A stretch of 35,973 nt of DNA from a virus (Duplodnaviria > Heunggongvirae > Uroviricota > Caudoviricetes), in IMG/VR virus record IMGVR_UViG_3300014890_000016, positions 1 through 35,973 of that record; one strand, given 5' to 3'. A model generated the notes under the pieces. The model had not been told where the DNA came from. It did no database searches and saw only the letters and a program-made list of their open reading frames with translations. Shown here one piece after another: positions 8,750-17,830 of the stretch. The translations under genes and the position numbers were made by a program. Positions within the stretch are counted from its first letter, which is position 1. Every line of letters begins with the position of its first letter.

Positions 8750-9709
8750 ATGAAAATTTGTATCGACGACGGCTCCACCAACATCAAGCTGGCATGGACT
8801 AAGAACGGCGAACGCCGCAACGCCATCAGCCCGAACAGCTTCAAGTCGGAATGGTCTGCGCCGTTCGGTGGCACGCAGCCCGCGAACTACATGCTTGATG
8901 GCGTGCGCTATGGTTTTGATCCGGTCAGCGATCGCTTTGTCCAGACGACCGACACGCAATACCAGTACAGCGATGTGAATGTCATTGCCATTCATCACGC
9001 GCTGGTCAAATCAGGCATCACGCCACAGGAGGTGGATGTGGTTGTCACCCTGCCACTGAGCGAGTATTTCGACACAAACGCACAGCCGGACATGGCCAAC
9101 ATCAACCGCAAAAAAGCGAACGTTATGCGCCCGGTGGAGTACCAGAACGGCGAAGCATTCACTATCCGTAACGTACGGGTTATGCCTGAATCCATTCCGG
9201 CTGGCTTTAAGGCACTGGCTGACATGAGTCCGTTTGAATCCCTGCTGATTGTGGATTTGGGCGGAACCACGCTGGATGTGGCAAAGGTTCAGGGGCAACT
9301 GGCAGGTATCAGCCAGGTGTTTTGCGATCCACACGTAGGCGTTTCCCTGATGGCCGATGCAGTACTCTCGGTGATGGCCGCTAACGGTATGCGTACCAGT
9401 CACCACATCGCCAATACCATTATCGAACATCGCCATGATGAAGCCTGGCTGCGCCAGCACATCCACAATGACACGCATTACGCCAGCCTGATGGCGGTTA
9501 TTCGTGAAAAGGAAGAAACACTGAAACAACGCGTGATCCGCGCGCTGGCGGTTTTTTCGGGTTACGGGCGGGTGATGGTTGTCGGTGGAGGGGCGGAGAT
9601 TGTAGCACCCGCTATCCGCGAAGCCTGCGGAGTTAATGCGACTTTCATCGCGGACGGGGTGCCACAGTTTGCTCTGGTTAATGGGCTGTACGCAATGGAC
9701 AAGGAGTAA
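8750..9709 (+). CDS. parM: Actin-like ATPase of the ParM/StbA family
   Basis: 319 aa; MKICIDDGSTNIKLAW, ISPNSFKSEW, QYSDVNVIAIHHAL, VMPESIPAG, IVDLGGTTLD, SGYGRVMVVGGGAE and LVNGLY align along the whole length with plasmid R1 ParM as recalled. Confidence 0.85.
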   Translation: MKICIDDGSTNIKLAWTKNGERRNAISPNSFKSEWSAPFGGTQPANYMLDGVRYGFDPVSDRFVQTTDTQYQYSDVNVIAIHHALVKSGITPQEVDVVVTLPLSEYFDTNAQPDMANINRKKANVMRPVEYQNGEAFTIRNVRVMPESIPAGFKALADMSPFESLLIVDLGGTTLDVAKVQGQLAGISQVFCDPHVGVSLMADAVLSVMAANGMRTSHHIANTIIEHRHDEAWLRQHIHNDTHYASLMAVIREKEETLKQRVIRALAVFSGYGRVMVVGGGAEIVAPAIREACGVNATFIADGVPQFALVNGLYAMDKE

Positions 9710-9713
9710 ACCA

Positions 9714-10028
9714 ATGACGACACCAACCAGACGGATAAGTTTCTATCTGAAGCCTGCGGCCGTCAAGAGTGAACAGGAGGCGTGCAATTACCTCGACAGC
9801 CTGCCAGCCTCCGAACGCAGCCGCGCGCAACGCGCGGCTTTTCTGGCCGGACTGGCTCTTATAAAACGCACCCCCGCGTTGGCGTATTCGCTGGCAGAAT
9901 GGTCAGAAGACGAAATACGGATGCCATCGCTACCAGCACAGCCTGAAAAACCGGCGCAACCAGCAGCAGACAGCGCCCCCCATATGCAGCAGGTGAAAAA
10001 GAATATTCAGGCGTTTTTCCCGAAGTGA
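9714..10028 (+). CDS. parR: ParR-like DNA-binding adaptor
   Basis: 104 aa directly after parM with AAGGAG Shine-Dalgarno; N-terminus RRISFYLKP...LDSLPASERSRAQRAAFLAGLAL parallels R1 ParR (RRTIAFKLNP...LDSIPQGERSRLNRAALTAGLAL). Confidence 0.7.
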   Translation: MTTPTRRISFYLKPAAVKSEQEACNYLDSLPASERSRAQRAAFLAGLALIKRTPALAYSLAEWSEDEIRMPSLPAQPEKPAQPAADSAPHMQQVKKNIQAFFPK

Positions 10029-10042
10029 AAACAGGAGTAACT

Positions 10043-10330
10043 ATGCCCACCATTACCAAAGAATGGTTACAACGTAAAATCACAGAGTTTAAATCGTGGC
10101 GCGAAGACATCCCGTTCGGTCTTGATGAAGACGATCACAATATGTTAATCGCACTGGAAATCGCACTTGCATCACTGGAAGCAGAGCCAGTGGCATGGAT
10201 GCACGCAAATAATCCTATTGGAATACCGGCGATAACAAGAAGTAAAGATGTTGCAGACAGCTGGCGCTCTAAGGGATGGAATGTATTGCCTCTTTATTCA
10301 CTGACCCGCTCCATCAATTTATGCCATTAA
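10043..10330 (+). CDS. Hypothetical protein
   Basis: 95-aa ORF with CAGGAG Shine-Dalgarno; no family recognised. Confidence 0.5.
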   Translation: MPTITKEWLQRKITEFKSWREDIPFGLDEDDHNMLIALEIALASLEAEPVAWMHANNPIGIPAITRSKDVADSWRSKGWNVLPLYSLTRSINLCH

Positions 10331-10341
10331 TGGAAGTAATC

Positions 10342-10701
10342 ATGATGAAAGATAATTCCGGAAGCCAGCGTGCATCAGTTGCAGTTATGGTAATGATTAA
10401 ATTTGTGAAACAGTACACCGGAAAGCCAATCTCACTCCGGCAATTAAGCAAAGAAACCGTTTCACTGTCATATCTGGAGCAAATATTCAGATATTTACGG
10501 GAAAGTAGCTTGGTAAAAGCCACACGCGGCCCGGGTGGTGGATATATCCCAACAAAAGAAAATTACAGTGTTGGTGATATTGTCCGGGCAATGAAATGTT
10601 CCGGATTATATACACAGCACGTTATTCTGGCTGCACTGGATAATATTTCTTTAACCAGCCTGCAAGAAGACACAAATTATCAGTTGTCTGCCATTGAATA
10701 A
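10342..10701 (+). CDS. Rrf2-family winged-helix transcriptional regulator, short form
   Basis: ISLRQLSKETVSLSYLEQIFRYLRESSLVKATRGPGGGY matches the Rrf2/IscR signature; no Cys cluster, so probably not Fe-S binding. Start could also be the ATG at 10330. Confidence 0.65.
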   Translation: MMKDNSGSQRASVAVMVMIKFVKQYTGKPISLRQLSKETVSLSYLEQIFRYLRESSLVKATRGPGGGYIPTKENYSVGDIVRAMKCSGLYTQHVILAALDNISLTSLQEDTNYQLSAIE

Positions 10702-10704
10702 GAA

Positions 10705-10749
10705 AACCCGGAACGGGTGCGCAAATTCTTTGTGCGCCCGTTCCGGGTT
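10705..10749. terminator. Hairpin between convergent operons, terminator mainly for the leftward operon
   Basis: 13-bp perfect arms AACCCGGAACGGG / CCCGTTCCGGGTT; a T-rich tract follows only on the minus strand. Confidence 0.5.
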
Positions 10750-10769
10750 GGACAAGCGAAGCGCGTCAG

Positions 10770-11027
10770 CTATCCAGCCTGCAACAACTCCAGCGCCATC
10801 TGTTTTTCTTCCGGGCGCATCCGTTCAATCAACAGCTTTAACACACCGTGATCCAGCCCGCTGGGCACCAGTGTGTGCGAGTAGGTCAGATTCATCACCC
10901 AGGTATGTCCGCACTCGAGACGGGTGCAACGGTAATACACATCAGCAAACTGATCGGTTTTCCAGGCTGTTTTCTCAATCACTGCATGTGCACCGCAGCA
11001 ATGACATCGCGCTTTCTGTCTGCGCAT
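10770..11027 (-). CDS. ogr: Ogr/Delta-family zinc-finger late transcription activator
   Basis: 85 aa from ATG at 11027 with GGAGG Shine-Dalgarno; C-x2-C, 22 residues, C-x4-C spacing identical to P2 Ogr. Confidence 0.65.
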   Translation of the reverse strand: MRRQKARCHCCGAHAVIEKTAWKTDQFADVYYRCTRLECGHTWVMNLTYSHTLVPSGLDHGVLKLLIERMRPEEKQMALELLQAG

Positions 11028-11092
11028 TTTCCACCTCCCGGAACAGCGTTTTACTGCCGCCGATTTTACCCGCTCTTTCCCCATACCGCACA

Positions 11093-12127
11093 TCACTCCA
11101 TGGGTTCATCAAAATCAAGAATAAATTTCACCTCCCCCAGTCGCCTGATATCCGGGTCACTGTTGATCCCCTCCATAATCAGACGGCGCATCGGAATAAC
11201 CTCATCCCTGTAATATGCCTCGCGGGATTTAAGTGGGTCGCCAAGCCCGGCCGTATTTGCGGGAATGATGCCTGCAAGTCCGGGTGGAAAACGGTGCGCC
11301 ACGAGCTGATCCTGAGCACTGATGGTTTTTATATTCAGGAACTCATCTTTTGTACCTGAATCCCCGATAGGGATCACCTTAACGCCTTCTTTGTCTCCGC
11401 CAGGTATATTGATAAACATGGATTTAAAATTGCCCGCCCCTTTTGAGGCCTCTATCTTTTTACGGAATTCCGCCTCGAGCTCGGGATCCATGTCCGGGTC
11501 AGTGGAATACAGGATATAACCAAGATGTGCGCCGTTCTTGTAATACTTGCGGCGAAAGCGGGTGGCATCCACATTCAGCATGGCAGATTCCATCCCGTGA
11601 ATATAATCCGGGACACCGTAAACCTGCTGTTGCGGGTCATAAATGGCCACAAACACCACTTCACCTGACGGATACACGAGATCTTCCAGTGCCGCCTGCA
11701 CAATCACCGTGCCCCCCTCGTTGTTGCGCCGCAGGTACAGAGAAGGCAACGTATGCAGGCGCACCACCCGACCAAAGCCATTACGTACTTTAAGCAACCC
11801 CATATCCCCGAATATCAGCAGATTGGTCACTGCTGCCGCCATGGCGGCGTGTGTCATACCACCACCACCCCGAAAACCCTGCATGATCATATTGACGCGC
11901 GCACGCAATACCGCGCCGTGATACGGCGCGATATTGGACAACATGGCAAGATCCATGCGCTCAATGGGCGGCGTGTACCAGCCGTTATAGCCATCCCAGA
12001 GCGAGCCGTAATAACAGCCCCATGCAGCAACCGGTTCAGGGTCACCAAATTCAATAAACGTCATTTTGCTGGCTGTTTTTTTTGCCACGCCATCGTGTAG
12101 CACGGGGGATTTTTTCTTTTTACTCAT
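11093..12127 (-). CDS. Q: Portal protein, P2 gpQ-like
   Basis: 344 aa; position and orientation as in P2, downstream of and overlapping the terminase gene. Confidence 0.85.
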   Translation of the reverse strand: MSKKKKSPVLHDGVAKKTASKMTFIEFGDPEPVAAWGCYYGSLWDGYNGWYTPPIERMDLAMLSNIAPYHGAVLRARVNMIMQGFRGGGGMTHAAMAAAVTNLLIFGDMGLLKVRNGFGRVVRLHTLPSLYLRRNNEGGTVIVQAALEDLVYPSGEVVFVAIYDPQQQVYGVPDYIHGMESAMLNVDATRFRRKYYKNGAHLGYILYSTDPDMDPELEAEFRKKIEASKGAGNFKSMFINIPGGDKEGVKVIPIGDSGTKDEFLNIKTISAQDQLVAHRFPPGLAGIIPANTAGLGDPLKSREAYYRDEVIPMRRLIMEGINSDPDIRRLGEVKFILDFDEPME

Positions 12128-13907
12128 CTGACAGGATCCATGTTGATTTGCGCTTGTGCTTATAGTTCAGGGGTTCATTACTTGCGGCATGAGCTATGGC
12201 AAAGAAGATGTCAGCGTGCCCGGTTTCTTCGCTACGTTCAGCGGTAAAAGTAACTTTATTGCCACTGTTGGTGGATTCCTGACGAATGGCCAGAAATGAT
12301 GCCGGAATATCCGTGGCTCCCTCATCCCACTCAATACGGTTGGCGTAAATCAGATCCAGCATCTTCATCACCAGGCGGTTTTTGGATTCAACGCTGTAAT
12401 GAATGGCCACTGTTTCACGGCGGGCAAATCCCTGAACCAGCTCAAAGACACCATAGCCAAGCCCGGTAACATCAATGCCGATAAACGTCATGTTATAGCG
12501 CGCCTTAATGCTGCGGATACGCTCTGCCATAAACTGGAATGACATGCTGCGCCAGTGGTGTTTTTCCAGCACGCGGAATCGTTCTGCCGCAACCAGCGGC
12601 GGTGCCAGCACCACAAACGTGGCGTTATCGCCGGAGCGCGCAGGGTCAAAGCCACCCCACACTTCACGGTTTCCAAATGGCATGGCATCTTCCGGGTGAA
12701 AATCCTCCCACGTACTGACATCAACGCCACAGCGCACGAGGTCATCGAATTTAAAGACGCTCTCTTTGTCATCCACAAACACGCACATATACAACATATT
12801 GAATGCTGTTTCGTTATATCGCTCGCGCAGCTCGTCAATGTTGGCAAGGTTAAAGCCGCCGGCAATGGCATCTTCCATTGTCACCACATAGCGCCACTGA
12901 CCATCCGGGCATTCGCGCCCGCCATCGCGCAGTTCATCAAAGGACGGGAACTCAACCCCTTTTCGTTTCGGGTCGCCTTTGCGCCATTCATCGCCAGACC
13001 AGAACGGGTAGCCCTGGTGTGTTTTGGATGACGGCGTGGAGAAGTAGGTAATGCGCCAGTGCGAGTGGGTGGCCATACCGGACGCCACTTCATTGAGGCG
13101 ACGAAAAGCGGGGATCCACAGATATTCGTCAATGTACAGGTGGCCGCTGTTTGACTGCGCCGTATTGCTGTTGGTCGCCAGAAAATACAGTTCAGCAAGA
13201 TTACTTAACTTAACCGGGTTGCCTTTAATGGGAATGCCAAATTCCGTCTGTGCAATCTTAACGATATAGGTGCGGAACACTTCGGCCTGGCGTTTTGATG
13301 CCGATAAAAATATCTGTGTGTCGCCGGTTAATACCGCATCTTCAAATGCCTCAAACGCGAAGTAATATGTCGCCCCAATCTGACGAGATTTAAGCAGGTT
13401 GCGTACACGGCGGAATTTGTTTTCACGCAGATGCAACTGATAAGCAAACAATTTTTTCGTAAACGGCTCAAAACTTTCAGCAGTCAGTCCGGAAACGTCA
13501 TTAGCTTTGCGGGGGCGCTCTTTCTTACCTGCACCTTTTTCTCCGCGTTCTTCTTTTCCATAACGACCAGACTGGGGAATATCCGCTCCCATTCGTTCAA
13601 TCTCGGCCATTCGTTCCGCGTGCTTGTTCCTGACCGACATCAGTTTGACGTGATGGCCAATCAGGCGATCGAGTTCATCGTGTTCTTCCGGCGTTTTATG
13701 ATCACGCTCCGCCAGTACAGCGAGACGACGGGCGATAACATCCTCCACGCCTTCAGTATTAAGCTGCGTGTACCACTCAAACTTTGTCGCCCAATAATAA
13801 ACAATTCGCGGGCTGTTTAGTCCGAGCTTCTTTTGTATTTCTTTTGGTGTGTGTCTTTTCAGATAGAGCGATTTTGCAGCAGCAATCACCTCATCAGAAT
13901 ACGCCAT
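12120..13907 (-). CDS. P: Terminase large subunit (ATPase), P2 gpP-like
   Basis: 595 aa; divergent from the O-N-M-L operon as in P2; Walker-type and nuclease-type regions present. Confidence 0.85.
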   Translation of the reverse strand: MAYSDEVIAAAKSLYLKRHTPKEIQKKLGLNSPRIVYYWATKFEWYTQLNTEGVEDVIARRLAVLAERDHKTPEEHDELDRLIGHHVKLMSVRNKHAERMAEIERMGADIPQSGRYGKEERGEKGAGKKERPRKANDVSGLTAESFEPFTKKLFAYQLHLRENKFRRVRNLLKSRQIGATYYFAFEAFEDAVLTGDTQIFLSASKRQAEVFRTYIVKIAQTEFGIPIKGNPVKLSNLAELYFLATNSNTAQSNSGHLYIDEYLWIPAFRRLNEVASGMATHSHWRITYFSTPSSKTHQGYPFWSGDEWRKGDPKRKGVEFPSFDELRDGGRECPDGQWRYVVTMEDAIAGGFNLANIDELRERYNETAFNMLYMCVFVDDKESVFKFDDLVRCGVDVSTWEDFHPEDAMPFGNREVWGGFDPARSGDNATFVVLAPPLVAAERFRVLEKHHWRSMSFQFMAERIRSIKARYNMTFIGIDVTGLGYGVFELVQGFARRETVAIHYSVESKNRLVMKMLDLIYANRIEWDEGATDIPASFLAIRQESTNSGNKVTFTAERSEETGHADIFFAIAHAASNEPLNYKHKRKSTWILSDE

Positions 13908-13994
13908 AAATAAACCTCACCTGCTGATGCAATTTTAATTTATGCATTTTCAGCAAAGGCTTTTTTAAAAACGAATATCGCTTTTCGGTATTTT

Positions 13995-14018
13995 TCGGAT
14001 ATATGCGCATATCCGAAA
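13995..14018. promoter_or_regulatory. Inverted repeat centred in the P/O divergent late-promoter region
   Basis: TTCGGATAT-N6-ATATCCGAA, 9-bp perfect arms, roughly 100 bp from each start codon. Confidence 0.4.
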
Positions 14019-14101
14019 GTACCGGAAATTAATCAGATGACGACATTTTTATTTCTCCGTTAAATAACGCCAGTTTAATTTTTATCAGCGGATTAATTCA
14101 G

Positions 14102-14998
14102 ATGACGAAGCAGAAAACAGACTGGGTTGTGGTTGCCACATCAGGCCCCACCATCGACGGTCGGGAAATTGATCCGAAGTGGCTGACAGATGCCGCCGAG
14201 GTTTACAACCCGGACGAGCGAGCCGCCATGCTCTGGCCATATCACGCCGATTCCGGATGGCGTGCCTTCACCAATAACTACGGCCTTGTTGATGCCCTGA
14301 AAGTCGAAAAATTTGGTGACAAGGTGCAGCTTAAAGCACGCCTGATCCCAAATCGCTTCCTGATTGAAGCCAATAAGGCCGGGCAGAAACTTTTTACCTC
14401 CATTGAGGTGCGGGAAAACTATCTGGGCACGGGCAAATTCTTTGTGTCCGGTATCGCCGTGACGGATACCCCGGCCAGCATTAACACCACACGTCTGCAG
14501 TTTTCCATGGGGGAAACCATCCATATGGGCAGCGCAGAGGCGCTGAATTTTACGCTGCAGCCTGATGATGAGCAGGCAAAGCGCAACTTCTTCTCCCGCT
14601 TCTTCTCATCTGACAACCACCAACAGGGAATCTACCAAGCCATGAACGAAGAACAGTTCAGCCAGTTAATGGGCGCTATTAATAAAACCAGCGAACGCCT
14701 GGACAAGCTGGAAGAAAACGTCGCGCAGTTCAGCACGAAGGATGCCCCGAAAGATACCGGTGATAACAAGCCGGAAGGCAGCGCCGGCGATCAGGGGCAG
14801 GACAACGCAGAACCGAACAACAAGGACGAGAAAACCTTCACGCTGACCACCGAGCAGGGCGAAAAGCTGTTCTCCACGGTGAACGCTATCGCGGAGAAAG
14901 TCACCAGTATGGAAACCGCATTTGCTGAACTCAGCAAGGATGCCACGAAGCTGCCGGGTAACAATCCGGCCGGTGGCGAAACTTTTAACCTGGTGTAA
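14102..14998 (+). CDS. O: Capsid scaffolding protein, P2 gpO-like
   Basis: 298 aa; first gene of the rightward head operon; acidic C-terminal half. Confidence 0.8.
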   Translation: MTKQKTDWVVVATSGPTIDGREIDPKWLTDAAEVYNPDERAAMLWPYHADSGWRAFTNNYGLVDALKVEKFGDKVQLKARLIPNRFLIEANKAGQKLFTSIEVRENYLGTGKFFVSGIAVTDTPASINTTRLQFSMGETIHMGSAEALNFTLQPDDEQAKRNFFSRFFSSDNHQQGIYQAMNEEQFSQLMGAINKTSERLDKLEENVAQFSTKDAPKDTGDNKPEGSAGDQGQDNAEPNNKDEKTFTLTTEQGEKLFSTVNAIAEKVTSMETAFAELSKDATKLPGNNPAGGETFNLV

Positions 14999-15012
14999 CC
15001 GGAGAGAACGCA

Positions 15013-16026
15013 ATGAACATGACACCAGAAGCACAAAAGCTGGTTAACCAGTACCTCAGCGAACTGCAAAAAACATTCAGTGACTGCGCTGTCTCAGGCG
15101 ATCGCACTTTTTCCCTGACCGAACCGCGCAGCATTGCCCTGCGTAAAGCCCTGCTGGAAAGCACGGAATTTCTGAATTTCACCACCTGCATGGATGTTCC
15201 GCACCCGCAGGGGCAGGTCGTCACCGTGGGCGAATCCACGCTGCGCACCGGTCGCGTGAAAAGTGGTCGTTTCGCCAAAGGTTCTGGCATCAAAGGCAAC
15301 GAATTCAAACTCGTTGAAACTGATTCCTGCTGTGTGATCACCTGGGAACAACTCGCCATCTGGGCGAATGCCGGCAGCCCGCAGGAATTTTTCAATCTGA
15401 TGAACTCCGCCGCCGTCACCAACTTTGCGCTGGATATGCTGCGCATTGGCTTTAACGGTAAAACAGCCGCAGAAAACTCCGATCCTGAAAGTAACCCGAA
15501 CGGTGAAGACGTCAACATCGGCTGGCATGAAATCGCCAAAAAATGGGGAGAACGGCCCGGCAATACCTCCCGTATTCTGACGGACGCCGTTACCCTGGGC
15601 GAAGGCGGTGATTATGTCGGCCTTGATGCCATGGCCTCAGACCTGATCCGCACTTACATCCCGGCGCAATATCACAACGATCCTCGCCTTACCGTGCTGG
15701 TTGGCGCAGACCTTGTGGCTGCTGAAGAACTGCGCCTCTACAACAAAGAGGACAAGCCCACCGAAAAAGTAGCCGCACAGTTGCTGACGAAGAACATCGC
15801 AGGCCGCAAGGCCATCATTCCGCCGTTTATGCCGGGTAAGCGTATGGTGGTGACCATGCTGCCAAACCTGCAGATCCTGACGCTGAAGGGGTCCCGCCGT
15901 CGTAAGGCAGAAGATGTGGGCGATCGCAAACAGTTCGAAAACTCATACTGGCGTTATGAGGGCTACGCCCTGGGCGATCCGAATTTATATGCTGCCGTGG
16001 ATGAGTCTGCGGTAACCATCGCCTGA
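15013..16026 (+). CDS. N: Major capsid protein, P2 gpN-like
   Basis: 337 aa; FNGKTAAENSDPESNP...DVNIGWHEIAKKW...GEGGDYVGLDA parallels P2 gpN. Confidence 0.85.
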   Translation: MNMTPEAQKLVNQYLSELQKTFSDCAVSGDRTFSLTEPRSIALRKALLESTEFLNFTTCMDVPHPQGQVVTVGESTLRTGRVKSGRFAKGSGIKGNEFKLVETDSCCVITWEQLAIWANAGSPQEFFNLMNSAAVTNFALDMLRIGFNGKTAAENSDPESNPNGEDVNIGWHEIAKKWGERPGNTSRILTDAVTLGEGGDYVGLDAMASDLIRTYIPAQYHNDPRLTVLVGADLVAAEELRLYNKEDKPTEKVAAQLLTKNIAGRKAIIPPFMPGKRMVVTMLPNLQILTLKGSRRRKAEDVGDRKQFENSYWRYEGYALGDPNLYAAVDESAVTIA

Positions 16027-16043
16027 TAAACGGAGCGCACGGT

Positions 16044-16754
16044 ATGCCAACGCCAATGCAGCGACAACGTGCCCGACAGATGGATGAGCGCCGTGCAGCA
16101 CTCATGACCAGAACGGACGGGAGCGCCGTCAGTACAGAGAGCCAGCACATTAAGCTGCTGGCACTGAATAACGACATCAGACAACTGCACAACATGGAGC
16201 TGCTGTCTGACAAGCTGGAATTCAAGCGGAACACGCTGCTGCCCCGCTGGCTGCCACACGCACAGGGTTATCTGGAGGGTGAGCGCGTCTATCAGAATCC
16301 TATTCTGGTGTACTGCATCATCTGGCTGTTCGATACCGGGCAGTTTGAGCTGGCGCTGCGGTGGACTGACATTGCCATTGAGCAGGGACAGAAGACGCCG
16401 GAGAACTTCAAAAGCGAGCTGCCAACGTTTGTAGCCCATTTCATTCTTGAATGGGCCGAAACCGAAGCTGAACGCGGGAACAGTATCGCGCCATATTTTC
16501 AGCAGGTGTTTGAAAAAATCCGCGACAAATGGCGTGTGAATGAACGTCTTGCTGCCCGCTACTGGCGCTTTGCAGGCGTCCAGCTGCTGCGCGGCGATGA
16601 CGGTAAACCGCTGGCCAGTGCAATTAATGATCCGGGGATACTGCAACAGGCCGACCAGTGTCTGGAGCGGGCTGCCTGGCTGCATCCCAAAATTCAGGTG
16701 AAGACTCTGCGCCAGCGCATTGCCGCAAGACTGCGCGCGTTGCAGGGCACGTAA
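16044..16754 (+). CDS. M: Terminase small (endonuclease) subunit, P2 gpM-like
   Basis: 236 aa; position after the capsid gene as in P2. Confidence 0.8.
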   Translation: MPTPMQRQRARQMDERRAALMTRTDGSAVSTESQHIKLLALNNDIRQLHNMELLSDKLEFKRNTLLPRWLPHAQGYLEGERVYQNPILVYCIIWLFDTGQFELALRWTDIAIEQGQKTPENFKSELPTFVAHFILEWAETEAERGNSIAPYFQQVFEKIRDKWRVNERLAARYWRFAGVQLLRGDDGKPLASAINDPGILQQADQCLERAAWLHPKIQVKTLRQRIAARLRALQGT

Positions 16755-16852
16755 ACGACTCCCAACAACCGGGCGGGCGCGGTGGAGGTGTGCCGGCAAA
16801 AGCCATCAGCACACTGCGGAAACCGGTCAGTCCGCCTTTCCACGGAGTGAGC

Positions 16853-17347
16853 ATGTTTGACGGGAAAAGCATTCACTATCAGCAGGCCATTATTCAGAAC
16901 GATGGATTCTGGCCGGATATTGATGCCGGTGATTTTGAAAAGAGCCGCAGCATCCCCGCCGTCACGTCACACGAAACGGTGCTGACGGCGCTGCTTTGCG
17001 CGGTGACAGAGATTAACACTGAACTGGCTGCACGCCGTGAATACTGGCAGGAACAGGGCTACATCCGGGCCACTGATATTCCGGGTTACACCGTGTTGCA
17101 ACCAGAGCCGCGCAACACGGATGCACAACCTCAACGAATGCAGAACCACATTACAGCACTGTACACCAAGGCTGTGTATGCACGCGCAAAGGCCGATCTT
17201 TTGCCGGAATCTGCCAGCGTGGGGCGGCGCGAGGCGCAGTCATCAACAGAAGCCAGCGAGAGCCGCCGGACGTTGCTGGCTGAAGCAGCCATGGCGGTGC
17301 GGGCGCTGCTGGGCCGACCGCGCGCCTCCATTGCACTGATTGATTAA
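16853..17347 (+). CDS. L: Head completion/stabilisation protein, P2 gpL-like
   Basis: 164 aa from internal ATG with GGAG Shine-Dalgarno; call rests on synteny and size. Confidence 0.65.
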   Translation: MFDGKSIHYQQAIIQNDGFWPDIDAGDFEKSRSIPAVTSHETVLTALLCAVTEINTELAARREYWQEQGYIRATDIPGYTVLQPEPRNTDAQPQRMQNHITALYTKAVYARAKADLLPESASVGRREAQSSTEASESRRTLLAEAAMAVRALLGRPRASIALID

Positions 17348-17356
17348 GGAAATGGT

Positions 17357-17830
17357 ATGACGCAACTCGCCAGCCTGACGGCATTCATTGAAAACAATCT
17401 GCCGGCACGCGCACGCATTCCGTTCACCAGTGACATGGATGATATCACGCTCGTTCCGTTTACGAAGTCGCTGGGGCACGGGCAGTTATGCACACAGGTT
17501 CGAAAATACACAGCCATTCTGTGCTGGGACGCATGGCCCTATCGTCAGCTCGATCCGGATTTGGTGTTTTCTCTGGTTGAAGCCTGGCTGGCAGACAACG
17601 GCGGCGACCTGCGCCAGCGCCTGGCACCGGATGCGCCAGCCGTTGACGTCGAAGTGGATGATGAAAATGAAGTGGCATGGCTGGAAATCAGTCTGCCGCT
17701 GGTTGATCCCATCACCCTGATTGAGGACGAAAACGGTCCCATCCCCAGAGGCGGGAAACGTTACCAGCTGGAAAAACCTGAAATATGGGTGGCTCAGGCG
17801 CATCAGCTTCACTGTCAGGTGATGCCATGA
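17357..17830 (+). CDS. R: Tail completion protein, gpR-like
   Basis: 157 aa; LVFSLVEAWLADNGGD resembles P2 gpR LLIVPVLAWLRENQPD; ATGA overlap with next gene. Confidence 0.55.
   Translation: MTQLASLTAFIENNLPARARIPFTSDMDDITLVPFTKSLGHGQLCTQVRKYTAILCWDAWPYRQLDPDLVFSLVEAWLADNGGDLRQRLAPDAPAVDVEVDDENEVAWLEISLPLVDPITLIEDENGPIPRGGKRYQLEKPEIWVAQAHQLHCQVMP

Noticed and set aside
15963-16799. 278-aa minus-strand ORF
   Set aside because: Antisense to the terminase small-subunit gene and the capsid gene 3' end; no ribosome-binding site or family resemblance.
16658-17347. 229-aa extended form of the gpL-like ORF
   Set aside because: The N-terminal extension overlaps the gpM-like gene in another frame; the internal ATG at 16853 has a Shine-Dalgarno sequence and gives the gpL-like size.
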